Below, one piece after another: positions 51,170 through 61,213 of a stretch of DNA of 64,000 bases; position 1 is the first letter of the stretch; each line of letters starts with the position of its first letter. The stretch is taken from contig CAWEYG010000001.1 in the NCBI GenBank assembly GCA_963813155.1, forward strand, positions 384,001 to 448,000. The letters are read 5' to 3'. The notes under the pieces were generated by a model. That model saw nothing but the letters and a program-made list of their open reading frames with translations, ran no database searches and was not told where the DNA came from. The DNA comes from an uncultured Acidobacteriota bacterium (GTDB taxonomy: Bacteria; Acidobacteriota; Thermoanaerobaculia; UBA5066; DATFVB01). Position numbers and translations under genes: made by a program.

Positions 51170-51675
51170 GCAGCGGACGCTACCATGGGCCGTGCCGAGG
51201 AAAGGTCGCGGCGCCGGCAACTCGCTCGACGAGCGGTGCTGGGCTCCAGCCGGAGTCTTCGGCAAGCCCCCTCGAGGCGACGCGCGCGCCCGGCGGTGGC
51301 ATCCTGTCCGTGCGCGCTCCTCGGGCAAGTTTTTTCGCAAGAAGGCTTCAGTCTGAACGCGGACGGGTTATCCCGGCCGAGAACACGGACGCTTCTCTCG
51401 GGAGGCGCCTGTGACTCCGTCTCAGCCCGAGACCACACCCTCGGCTCGCTCGGCGAAAGGCGTGGGGCAGGCGCGACGGCAGGCATGTCGCGAGGCAAAG
51501 GAGAATCGGCCTGATGTCTGGGAGCTGGAGTTCTTCAGCTCGAACGGCAAAGAGAACTCCGGGGACGATTCCAGCGAGCGACCGCGCCGGGGCAGCAAGC
51601 GATGCCGCGAGCTTCGCGATTCCCGCGCGAGCGATTTGCCGCCGGAGCGCCAACTCTCGGCGCTACACTCTCCTC

Positions 51676-52446
51676 GTGCCGACCTACAAGCTCACTCTCG
51701 AATACGACGGAACGCGTTACCGCGGGTGGCAGGCGCAGAAGAACACGGGCCGCACGATCGCGGCGGCGATCGAGCGCGCGGCTTCCGAGGTCTGCGAGGA
51801 GCCGGTCCGGATCCATGGCGCCGGCCGCACCGACGCCGGGGTCCACGCGCTCGCGCAGATCGCGCATTTCCAGGCGCGCGCGGTCCTCTCTTCGCCCGAG
51901 CTCCAGTACGGCATCAACGATCGGCTCCCGCCGGACGTCAACGTGCTGGCCGCGGAGCACGTGCCCGACGGCTTCCACGCGCGGCACGACGCGGTCTCGC
52001 GCACGTACGTTTATCGGATCTCCAAACGGCGAACGGCGTTCGAAAAACCGTTCGTGTGGTGGATCAAGGATCGGCTCGACGCGGTCCCGATGCGAGCCGC
52101 CGCAAAGCTTTTCGTCGGCAAGCACGACTTCTCGTCCTTCTGCGAAAACCCCGAGGGCCAGACCTCGACGCTCGTCGTGGTGAACGCTTGCGAAGTATCC
52201 GAAACGTCGGAAAAGATCCTCGTGCGAGTTTCCGCTTCGCACTTTCTCTGGAAGATGGTCCGGCGGCTCGTCGGATCGCTCGCCGAGGTCGGCCGCGGAA
52301 AGCTCTCCCCCGAAGAGCTGAAGACGCTCCTCGCGACGCGGTCGGCCCGCCCCGCCCGGTGGACGGCGCCTCCGTCCGGCCTTTTCCTGGAATCGGTCGC
52401 CTACCCGGCTCCCCCGCCGAAGCGCCGCGGAGCCGGAACGCCGTAA
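51676..52446 (+). CDS. truA: tRNA pseudouridine(38-40) synthase
   Basis: YDGTRYRGWQ, GAGRTDAGVHA, HDFSSF, FLWKMVR, TAPPSGLFL. Confidence 0.96.
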   Translation: MPTYKLTLEYDGTRYRGWQAQKNTGRTIAAAIERAASEVCEEPVRIHGAGRTDAGVHALAQIAHFQARAVLSSPELQYGINDRLPPDVNVLAAEHVPDGFHARHDAVSRTYVYRISKRRTAFEKPFVWWIKDRLDAVPMRAAAKLFVGKHDFSSFCENPEGQTSTLVVVNACEVSETSEKILVRVSASHFLWKMVRRLVGSLAEVGRGKLSPEELKTLLATRSARPARWTAPPSGLFLESVAYPAPPPKRRGAGTP

Positions 52447-52456
52447 TGCGCCCGAG

Positions 52457-53230
52457 ATGATGGCGTACTCCCCGGACTCGACGAGCCGATTCTCCGACCG
52501 CGTGGAGAGCTACGTCCGGCATCGTCCCGGCTATCCGCCGGCGGCGCTCGATGTCCTCACGGCCGAAGGGCTGAGCGGTTCGGATATTGTCGCGGACATC
52601 GGATCGGGCACGGGCATTCTCTCGAAGCTCTTCCTGGAGCGGGGCCACGAAGTCTTCGGCGTCGAGCCGAACGCGCCCATGCGGTCCGCCGCCGAAAGAC
52701 TCCTCGGCGGCTACCCGCGGTTTCGAAGCATCGAGGGAAGCGCCGAGGCAACGACGCTCGAGAGCGGCAGCGTCGACTTCGCCGTCGCGGGACAGGCGTT
52801 CCACTGGTTCGACCCGGACAGGGCCCGCGAAGAGCTCCTTCGGGTCCTTCGGGGAGAAGCCCGCGTCGCGCTTCTCTGGAACGACCGGAAGACCGCCGGT
52901 TCCGCGTTCTCCGAAAGCTACGAAAAGCTCCTTCGCGACTTCGGAACCGATTACGCGGCCGTCGATCACAAGAACCTCGACAGCCGCACGTTCGATCGCT
53001 TCTTCGGACCGTCCGCGTGGAAGCTCGCCTCGCTCCCCAACGAGCAGCGCCTCGACCTCGACGGGCTCCGCGGCAGGCTCCTCTCTTCGTCCTACGCTCC
53101 GGCGCCCGGGCAGCCCCGGCACGCCGAAATGATGGAAGCGCTCGGCGAGATTTTCGCTGAGACGAGCGAACGCGGCTTCGTCCGGATGGAATACGACACG
53201 CGGATCTACCTGGGCCGGTTGAGACGATAG
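52457..53230 (+). CDS. Class I SAM-dependent methyltransferase
   Basis: RPGYP, ADIGSGTG, VEPN, QAFHWFD. Confidence 0.92.
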   Translation: MMAYSPDSTSRFSDRVESYVRHRPGYPPAALDVLTAEGLSGSDIVADIGSGTGILSKLFLERGHEVFGVEPNAPMRSAAERLLGGYPRFRSIEGSAEATTLESGSVDFAVAGQAFHWFDPDRAREELLRVLRGEARVALLWNDRKTAGSAFSESYEKLLRDFGTDYAAVDHKNLDSRTFDRFFGPSAWKLASLPNEQRLDLDGLRGRLLSSSYAPAPGQPRHAEMMEALGEIFAETSERGFVRMEYDTRIYLGRLRR

Positions 53231-53231
53231 A

Positions 53232-53801
53232 TCACCGGCCGCCCAGGAGCCGGTAGGGGTCGATCGGCACTCCCTCCCACCAGTGCTTGTCGGCGCCCAG
53301 GCGCGACACCGCGAAGTGGAGATGCGGGGTGTTCGCCGGCGCGTTGCCGCTCGTGCCAACGTAACCGATGAGGTCGCCGCGCCGCAGCACCTGCCCCTCA
53401 CGCAGTCCCCGCGCGTAGCCGTCCAGATGCGCGTAGTAGTAGCAGAGCGTCGCGTCGCGATTGAACTGGTAGACCGTGTGGCCGCCGGGAACGCTTTCGA
53501 AGATCTTGCGGACAACCCCGTCGTCGACGGCGACGACCGGAGTCCCCCGCGGCTCGAGGATGTCGATCGCCTCGTGGCGATGGCCGCCGCGGCGCTCCGT
53601 GAAACTGTCGCGAAGGTCCTTTCCGGTCAGGCCGGCGATCGGCATTCCGAGCCCCCGGTCGGGTTCAGCGTCGGAGCCCGGGATCGGGGCGGGGCCGGCC
53701 GCCTCGCCGGGGAGCCTCGCCGGCGACGCGGGAGAAATGCGCTTCGGCGCGAGAAAGACGAACGCCGCGAGAAGAGCGGCGATCGCCGAATAGAAGATCA
53801 C
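53232..53801 (-). CDS. M23 family metallopeptidase
   Basis: HEAID, YYAHL and PHLHF motifs, with an N-terminal hydrophobic anchor. Confidence 0.92.
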   Translation of the reverse strand: MIFYSAIAALLAAFVFLAPKRISPASPARLPGEAAGPAPIPGSDAEPDRGLGMPIAGLTGKDLRDSFTERRGGHRHEAIDILEPRGTPVVAVDDGVVRKIFESVPGGHTVYQFNRDATLCYYYAHLDGYARGLREGQVLRRGDLIGYVGTSGNAPANTPHLHFAVSRLGADKHWWEGVPIDPYRLLGGR

Positions 53802-53826
53802 GAGCGCCCGAGCTCGGCCAGATGGG

Positions 53827-54721
53827 TCACTCCCCGTAGCCCACGCCCCAGCGGGCGCGCTTTCCGCGGCAGTCGATGTGAACGAACGGGCCGTGAGCCG
53901 ACGTCGCGCGATAAATCGCGACCCCGCCGACGAGGACGGGAAACCGCTTCTCCACTTCCTCGGCCGCGCGAAAGACGATCTGGGCGTCCGCGTCGTCGAC
54001 TTTCCCGTCGTGGTTCAGGTCGTCCATTTTTCCGTCGTGGTCGTCGTCGGGGTAGACGTCCGCCGCGTCACCGTACATGTGCCGGGAGACGGCCGAGCGG
54101 GATTTCGGCCCGAGGTCGAGGTCGTTGTACTTTGGCGTCCGGAAGCCGCTCATCACGAACAGGCTCTTCACCGGGTAGCCCATCGCGTTCAACTGCGCGA
54201 TCGTGAGCTCCAGCTTGTCGAGCAGCCGCGAGTCGAGAACGAGGTATTTCGGCCAGACGTCCGCCTGGTCCTTCGTCAGGAACTGGCCGATCTCGAAGTG
54301 CTCGGACACGGGCGTCTTCGCGGTTTCCTTCGTCACCGGGATGAACCCGCGCGGAAGCGCGTACGACGGGTCCTTCGGCGCGCTTTGCCGGATCGGGCCA
54401 GTTGCCCATCTCGTACTTCCCGATCCTGCCGCCGACTTCCGCAGAAAACGGAGCGAGGACGAAAACCGTGAGCTGGCCCGACAACCCCTTCGCCGGAACG
54501 AGCGAATACGCGCCCGGCTCACCCGCGAGCGCGCCCGCGTCTTTGAGGCGCGCGGCGTCTTCGGGAAGCAGAAAGATCGACCGAAGCTTGCCCGAGAAGC
54601 CCACGAGGTTCGCGAAACCGGTCGAGGGCGGCAGAGGAGCGGGAGGGACCGCGTTCGGAGCCGAGGTGCCGACGACGACGGCCCAGAGGAACAGGAGCGC
54701 CGAGCCCGTGGTTCTCATCAT
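53827..54721 (-). CDS. Peptidase M15A-like (Zn D-Ala-D-Ala peptidase fold) secreted protein; frameshift near 54410
   Basis: SGFRTP, SRHMYGDAAD, FVHID and a signal peptide. Confidence 0.8.
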
Positions 54722-55744
54722 TTTTCCAACAACACGGGAGTTCCCGGCGCGACGATCCGGGAGAGCTCGAGCGCGTCCCAATTCGTCAACCGGATGCAGC
54801 CGTGCGTCTGCGCCCTGCCGATCGTCTCGGGATCCGGGGTGCCGTGGATCCCGTAGTGCGGCTTCGAAAGGTCGATCCAGACGACGCCGACGGGATTGTT
54901 CGGGCCGGCGGGCAGTGTGGCCTTCTGATCCGTCGAGTCCGCGTCCCAGAAAAGATCCGGGTTGAAATGAAAGACCGGATGCCGCGCCACGCCGTTGATC
55001 TTCCATTGTCCCACCGGAAGCGGATCGTGCTCGCTCCCCACGGACGCCGGGTATCTGGCTGCGACCCTTCCGGTTTCGTCCAGGACCGAGACCGAGAGGT
55101 CCGACTCGCTGACCCGAACGGAGGCGGCCTTCGGCAGCGGGGCGCGATCGGTCATCGGAGCCAGGATCTTCTCGCCGGCCTCGCGAAACGCCCGGCCCGG
55201 ATTCAAACGGCGAAGGAGCTTCGGGCTCGCGTGGAATTTTTCGCCCAGCTCTTCGAGCAGCGACGAATACGGAAGCGAGGTCATTTTCGACTTCTCGATC
55301 GTGTCGTCGGGGATGTCGGCGAACGGTCCCGCGACGTCCTCCGCCGTGATCGTATACGTCGCCAGGACAGGATCCGCGTCGCGGTCCAGCTCGTTCCAGG
55401 TCTTCCGGCCGACCGCCGGGGAGGCCGGCAGCCCGCGCGAGGCGTTGAAAGCCGCCGCGGCGCGAAGGCACCCCTGGCCCATCGTTCCGTCGATCTCGCC
55501 CGGCGAAAAGTGAGCCCGGTCGAGGAGCACCTGCGCTCGCAGCACGGCGGGCCCCGACATTCCGCGCCGGAGCACAGGCTTCGGGCCCGCATCGTTCGCG
55601 TCCGGCGAAACGCGCTTTCGGCCGGCGCCCTCCGCGCGCCGCTCCCGCGTGTTTTCCCGGCTTGCCCGCGGCGCCATTCGCGGCGACCGCGACGCACAGG
55701 CCGAAAGCCAGGGCTGCGACCGGCGAAAACACGTGGAATTTCAT
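54718..55744 (-). CDS. L,D-transpeptidase with peptidoglycan-binding domain; frameshift near 55665
   Basis: QVLLDRAHFSPGEIDG, GPNNPVG, YGIHGT..THGCIRLTNWD. Confidence 0.92.
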
Positions 55745-55779
55745 GTTTGATCTCTCCGAAACGGTGTTATTCAAGTCCG

Positions 55780-56485
55780 GTGCCAGAAGTGACCTCGCGC
55801 GAGATTTCCGTTCCCCGCCTGTCGGCGACGGAGCGGCTCGTCGCGCTCGCGCCCCTTCCCCTGCTCGACGCTCGCGACGGCTCGGTCCCGGGAGTCACGA
55901 CGGCGCTCCGGCTCGGCTGGCGCGGCGACAGACTGCTGCTGCGCTTCGACTGCCGCCATCGGGGCGTCGTCGCGACGCTGCGGGAAGACAATACCGATCT
56001 CTGGACGGAAGACGTCGTCGAAGCGTTCCTGAGCTTCCAGGATCCGCCGGTTCGCTACCTCGAGCTGGAGGTCAATCCGCTCGGGGCCAGGTTCTCGGCT
56101 GTCGTCGAATCGCCGAATCTCTCGCGCGCCGGAATGACCGTCGAGAAGTTTCCGTTCCCGGAGTTTCAGGCGGATGTGAAGGTGCGCGAGCGCAGCTGGA
56201 GCGCGAAGTTGTCGATCCCCTGGACCTTGCGGGTCCTGTCGCGGGACTCGACTCACTGTCCCGCTCGCTCACCGCAGGCCCCTCCGTGACGTCTTCCCGC
56301 AACGAGCGGGTCCAGGAGGTCTCGCCCCACACCACCCGCTCGGTCCGCGGATGCGACGTTCCGAGCGAACTTCTTCCGCATCGACCGGACGTCGGGAGAA
56401 TTCTCGGCGCTCTTTCCGACGCTCGCCGATCCCCCCGACTTTCACGTTCCCGGAAAGCTTCGGCCGCTTCCGCCTCGAGCCGTGA
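55780..56485 (+). CDS. CBM9-like (carbohydrate-binding family 9) protein; frameshifts and a probable internal insert
   Basis: DLWTEDVVEAFL, YLELEVNPLG, WSAKLSIPW, then RANFFRID..PDFHVP in another frame. Confidence 0.75.
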
Positions 56486-56501
56486 CCCTCCCGGCCTCGC
56501 C

Positions 56502-57482
56502 CTACGGCTTGAACTGGCGGACGAGATTGAAGCCGATGTGCCAGTCGTTGTTGCGGAAGCCGTTGTCGAACGAACGCCTCTGGCGCTTCTGCGCGAGCGC
56601 GAAATCGCCCGACAACCTCTCGTCGACGTTCGTCACTGTCGCGTTCGTCACGACGAGCTCGAACCGGTGTCGGTAGAGCACTTTCTCGACGGCGGCGGTC
56701 CAGATCGCGATCGATCCGTCCACGCCCCGGCGCGGCGGCTGGTATTCCCCCTGCAGATTCCAGCTGCGCGACAGCGCGACCGCCGCATGGACGGGAACGT
56801 TGAAGACGTTCTTCTCGGCCGTCGTCTGCGACGAGAAGGTGGGAACGGCGGAAATCTCGACGCGCCCCGACGCGAGGTGGAGCGTGATCACGCCCTGGGC
56901 GAAGAACGACGTCCGGGCCCGCGAGTCGGGAAGGAGCGATCCGTTGGCATCGACGATCAGGGGATCGCGGCGGTCGTCGCCCCCGACCCGCAGCGCGAGT
57001 CCGAGGAGAGAGTCGGGGCCTCCGGGACGCGCGGAGAATTTCGCCGCGATCTCGTAGTCGTCCTGAATCCCGGAACGATAGAGCGAGATCTCCGTGTGGG
57101 ATAGCGGCGAATACGCGAAGCCCACGCCGAAATCCGCGCCGGAGTCGAGGGAGTAGAACGAGTGGGCGTTGCTCCCCCGAACGGGCGATCGAAAACGGTG
57201 CGTCACGAGGAACTGGAGAATCCCCTGGGGGAGCGTCTGGTCGGACGGCAGGTTGACGACCAGCGATCCTTCCGGCAGAACCCACTGCTGTGCGGGGGAA
57301 GTCGGCACGGCCGCGGGTGTCGCCGTCGAATCGGATGGCGTCGCCGCCGGCCCGGCGGCCGGCTGGCTGGCCGGCCCCCCGGAATCGGATGGATTCTCGG
57401 GAGGGGCCTGGCCCCGGGCGGGCGAGACGAAAGCGGAGCCGGCGACGAGAAGCGCGGCCGCGGCCTGCAGGATTCGATTCAT
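56502..57482 (-). CDS. DUF5777-like outer-membrane beta-barrel protein
   Basis: Signal peptide, VNLPS..FLVTHRF, SLDSGA, HRFELVVTN, IGFNLVRQF. Confidence 0.75.
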   Translation of the reverse strand: MNRILQAAAALLVAGSAFVSPARGQAPPENPSDSGGPASQPAAGPAATPSDSTATPAAVPTSPAQQWVLPEGSLVVNLPSDQTLPQGILQFLVTHRFRSPVRGSNAHSFYSLDSGADFGVGFAYSPLSHTEISLYRSGIQDDYEIAAKFSARPGGPDSLLGLALRVGGDDRRDPLIVDANGSLLPDSRARTSFFAQGVITLHLASGRVEISAVPTFSSQTTAEKNVFNVPVHAAVALSRSWNLQGEYQPPRRGVDGSIAIWTAAVEKVLYRHRFELVVTNATVTNVDERLSGDFALAQKRQRRSFDNGFRNNDWHIGFNLVRQFKP

Positions 57483-57540
57483 GATTCCTCCCGCCCGCAG
57501 TCTAAGGCCGCGGCGCCGCAGAAGAACCGGCCTTAAGGAA

Positions 57541-60069
57541 TCACGGCAGGATCACCGTCGGCGGCTGAGCGTCCGGATCGCCGGTTACCCGGTCGGAGGA
57601 GGCGAGCCACGACGATAGCCGCGCTCCCCCGCTGGAGAAGACTTCGATTCGCCCTCCCGCCACGAGGTCGGAATACCGGTTCACGTCGAGGAGGTAGAGC
57701 AACTGTCCGGGAGCGACCGGGAACCCGAAGCCGACCTGCAGGGCTCCGGTAATGTCGTAGAAGACCACGTTCGCCTTTCCCGAGTCGCCGCCGTTGAAGA
57801 CCATCAGATTGTTGCGCAGGTGAGGGTCCGCGGGAAGCAGGAAGCGAGCTCCCGCAGCGGGAGCGACGGGGGCCGCGAGGCCGGCGTAGTCTCCGGTCGC
57901 CGTGCGATTCGCGTACCGGCCCAGCGCGCAAATCGGCGCCGTCGAGGAAACGACGAGCGCGCCGAAGCCCGCGGAAGGATCGTGGTAGGACACGACGACC
58001 GACTGACCCGGCGCGACGGTGACCGACGAGGACGAGGGCCCCGCCGGGGAATTGAAGGGAGAGAACGTCAACGTCGCCGCCGCCGAGATGGAGGGGTCGG
58101 GGTTGACGAGCAGAAGGTCGGTGATGTTCGAGGTCCCGTTCGAGTTCGTCCGGGCCCCGACGGCGGGAAACGTCGAGGTCGTGGCCGGCGCGACGGGAAC
58201 CGAGGCCGCGAGGTCGCCCGTCGTCTCTCGGATCAGGGAGAAGGGAAACAGAGAACCGCTCGAAGCGTCGAACGTGACGTAATCGCCGGCTTCCGGGGAA
58301 GCTCCGAACGCGGCGAAGGCCGGGTTGAAGTCCTGCCGGTTGTTCGCCGGAAGAAAGAAGGAGAGAGAACCCCGGGAGGCTCCGCTCGGGCCGTGCAGGG
58401 TCGCGGTCCCCGAGCTTCCGGTCGGCGAGTAGATGCCGAACGCCGAGCTTTCGTCCGCCTGCGAGTGCAGGAAGAGCACGGAGCCCGGCGTCACTCCGTC
58501 CGAGACCCTCTGCGCGGCGAGGCCAAAGCCGTAGCTCCCGTTGTTCGCGACGAGGGCGTAGGAGCGCACCCAGGCCTGGTCTTTCCCGAGGCTCGGCGGC
58601 GCGGACGTGAATCGCAGAGACCCGACGACGTCGCCGAGGTTCAGACCCGTGGAGCCGAGCACGTTGGGAATTTCGAGCGTCACTCCCGCGCCGAAGGAAT
58701 AGGTCTTCGACGGGCTCGGGGGAACCGGAGAATTGTAGAACGTCGCCGTGAACGTCCCCGCCTCGAGGGCGTCATGGTAGGACGCGACATCCGTGCGGAT
58801 GACGGCATTCGCGGAACTGATCGCAATCGGCACGACGAGCTCGGTATCCGCCGCCGGCGGCAGCAGCGTGAACTCGGCGAGCGCGCCGCGGACTCCCGAG
58901 AGGATCTTTCCGTCGATCGTCGCGATCGAGTAGGAAGTCGTCGAGGGGAACACGTTCCCGTGCGGCAGCGTGAACCTCGAGATGCCGACCTCCGGAGCGC
59001 TCGCGACGACCGGGCTGTCGGGCTCCGCGTCGCTGCTCTGGAACGTGAGAGGGGTGAGAACGGTGCTCCGGACTCTCGCCGGGGCAAGGGCCAGCGTCGT
59101 GAGCACATCCGACGTCGGAGTCGTCGTGACGGTGCTCACGGCGACCGTCTTCGTGTTGACGATCACGATGCGGCCGTCGCCCCCGAGGGGGTCGGACTCC
59201 ACCGCGTAGACGAAATCTCCCTGAACGAAGAAGTGCGCAGGCGAAAAAATGTTCCCTGCGCCGAAGCGATCGTAGGCTCCCGTCGCGAGGTTCAGCCGCG
59301 CGATCGCACCGCCGTCCACGTCTTCGGCCACCCAGAAGTTCCCTGCGCCGTCCAGCGTCGGCTGGCTGAACTGCGCCTGTTCCTGCGTCGGGTCGAACGG
59401 CTGCCAGGAGGTTTCGGTCAGCGTCGCGGGATCCAGCTTGATGAGCCGGTTGCTTCCGAAGTCGCTCAGGTAGAAGTTCCCGTCGGCGCCCTGCAGCATG
59501 CCCGAATACCCGAGGGAGTTCGGTCCGCGGTACGCCACGACATCGAGCGTGTTGAGGTCGAGCTTCACGAGAGAGCCCTGCGACATGGGAAGCCAGACGA
59601 TGTTCCCGGGCTGCCGAAGGAACCCGGCAGGTTTGGAGACCGGGACGATCCACTCCGTCATCTGGTTGGTCGTCGTGTCGAGCTTGCCGAAAACGGATTC
59701 GTTGATGTCGATCCCGCTGTTGCCGTTCTCGACGAACCAGATCGTCTTCCCGTCCGCATCGAGCTCGAAGTCCGCCGGATTCGCGCCGATCGACCGATAG
59801 GGGTCGACGTACGTGTGCGACCGGACGGGCCACTCGGTAATGACGTCGTTCTTGAAGAACGCGATTCGATCGGCGCCCGACTCGAGGAACCAGATGCCGC
59901 CGTTGCTCGGCACGAGCCGCGGGCCGCTCGCGAACGTCGTCACGTTCGTTGCGTTGTCGAGATCGTGCGGATTCAGGGGATGAAGGACGGCTCCCACGCC
60001 CGAGAGAGTCTGAGCGGAAAGCGCGATCGGAAACAACAGGACCGCCAGAAGAGACAGATATTTCTTCAC
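57541..60069 (-). CDS. Secreted protein with Vgb-lyase-like beta-propeller and repeated C-terminal beta domains
   Basis: Signal peptide, repeats such as GGIWFLE, GKTIWFVE, DGNFYLSD and AGNFWVAE, and C-terminal modules RTDV / ITDLLLVNP / RNNLMVFN. Confidence 0.7.
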   Translation of the reverse strand: MKKYLSLLAVLLFPIALSAQTLSGVGAVLHPLNPHDLDNATNVTTFASGPRLVPSNGGIWFLESGADRIAFFKNDVITEWPVRSHTYVDPYRSIGANPADFELDADGKTIWFVENGNSGIDINESVFGKLDTTTNQMTEWIVPVSKPAGFLRQPGNIVWLPMSQGSLVKLDLNTLDVVAYRGPNSLGYSGMLQGADGNFYLSDFGSNRLIKLDPATLTETSWQPFDPTQEQAQFSQPTLDGAGNFWVAEDVDGGAIARLNLATGAYDRFGAGNIFSPAHFFVQGDFVYAVESDPLGGDGRIVIVNTKTVAVSTVTTTPTSDVLTTLALAPARVRSTVLTPLTFQSSDAEPDSPVVASAPEVGISRFTLPHGNVFPSTTSYSIATIDGKILSGVRGALAEFTLLPPAADTELVVPIAISSANAVIRTDVASYHDALEAGTFTATFYNSPVPPSPSKTYSFGAGVTLEIPNVLGSTGLNLGDVVGSLRFTSAPPSLGKDQAWVRSYALVANNGSYGFGLAAQRVSDGVTPGSVLFLHSQADESSAFGIYSPTGSSGTATLHGPSGASRGSLSFFLPANNRQDFNPAFAAFGASPEAGDYVTFDASSGSLFPFSLIRETTGDLAASVPVAPATTSTFPAVGARTNSNGTSNITDLLLVNPDPSISAAATLTFSPFNSPAGPSSSSVTVAPGQSVVVSYHDPSAGFGALVVSSTAPICALGRYANRTATGDYAGLAAPVAPAAGARFLLPADPHLRNNLMVFNGGDSGKANVVFYDITGALQVGFGFPVAPGQLLYLLDVNRYSDLVAGGRIEVFSSGGARLSSWLASSDRVTGDPDAQPPTVILP

Positions 60070-60124
60070 CCGCTCATATTAGCAGAGCCCCTCCGCAGAT
60101 CCGCCAGAGCGGTAAGATTCGAGC

Positions 60125-61213
60125 GTGGCGAGCTCGACCGTCCTTCCGATTGGACAGATCCTCGCCTCGAGAACGGCCGAGGCGGCGCCGGAGCTCGTGC
60201 GCGACCTCGGCGACGGCCGCCTCCGGTGTCTTTCCTGCGGACACCGCTGCCCGATTCCCGAGGGCGCCGCGGGAGTTTGCAAGGTCCGCTTCAACGAAAA
60301 GGGCTTCCTGCGCGTTCCCCGCGGATACGTCGGCGCGCTCCAGTGCGATCCCGTCGAGAAAAAGCCGTTCTTCCACGCCCTGCCGGGCGCTCTCGCGCTC
60401 TCGTTCGGGATGCTCGGATGCGACCTCCATTGCGCGTATTGCCAGAACTGGTTCACCTCGCAGTCGATCCGCGACCCCGACGCCGCGGGGGCTCCCCGCG
60501 ACATCGAGCCGAAGGAGATCGCCGACCTCGCGGTCGAGCTGGGCGCGCGGATCGTCGCGTCCACCTACAACGAACCGCTCATCACGTCGGAGTGGGCGGT
60601 CGAAATCTTCGGAGAGGCGAAGAAAAGGGGACTGCGCTGCGCGTACGTCTCGAACGGAAACGCGACGCCGGAGGTGCTCGAGTTCATCCGGCCGAGCGTC
60701 GACTTCTACAAGGTCGACCTGAAGTCGATGCGGGACAAGCACTACCGCGAGCTCGGCGCGGTTCTCCAGAACGTGCTCGATTCGATCCGAAACATCCACG
60801 CGCTCGGCTTCTGGCTGGAGTGCCTGACCCTCGTCATTCCGGGTTTCAACGACTCGGAGGAAGAGCTGCGCGACGCGGCGCGGTTCATCGCCTCGGTCTC
60901 GCCCGAAATTCCGTGGCACGTGACGGCTTTTCACCCCGACTACAAGATGGACAAGACTCCCCCGACGCCGGCCTCGACGCTCCTGCGCGCCTGCGAAATC
61001 GGCTCGGAAGAGGGCCTGAAGTTCGTCTACGCCGGGAATCTCCCCGGACGCCTCGGCGAGTGGGAGAACACGAGGTGCCCGAACTGCTCCGAGACGCTCA
61101 TCGAGCGCCAGGGCTTCGTCGTCCGGAAGAACCGCATCCCCAACGGAATCTGCCCGAAATGCGCAACGGCGATCCCGGGCCGCTGGGAAGGGGGCGGGAC
61201 TACCAGATGCTGA
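60125..61213 (+). CDS. amrS: AmmeMemoRadiSam system radical SAM enzyme
   Basis: CLSCGHRC..GVCKVR, DPVEKKPFFH, CDLHCAYCQNW, TYNEP, PWHVTAFHPDYK. Confidence 0.92.
   Translation: MASSTVLPIGQILASRTAEAAPELVRDLGDGRLRCLSCGHRCPIPEGAAGVCKVRFNEKGFLRVPRGYVGALQCDPVEKKPFFHALPGALALSFGMLGCDLHCAYCQNWFTSQSIRDPDAAGAPRDIEPKEIADLAVELGARIVASTYNEPLITSEWAVEIFGEAKKRGLRCAYVSNGNATPEVLEFIRPSVDFYKVDLKSMRDKHYRELGAVLQNVLDSIRNIHALGFWLECLTLVIPGFNDSEEELRDAARFIASVSPEIPWHVTAFHPDYKMDKTPPTPASTLLRACEIGSEEGLKFVYAGNLPGRLGEWENTRCPNCSETLIERQGFVVRKNRIPNGICPKCATAIPGRWEGGGTTRC

Noticed and set aside
51380-51445. Minus-strand GGGTG..CTGAGA segment resembling a TPP riboswitch
   Set aside because: Lacks the ACCTGAT core and 3' consensus, and no thiamine-related gene lies downstream.
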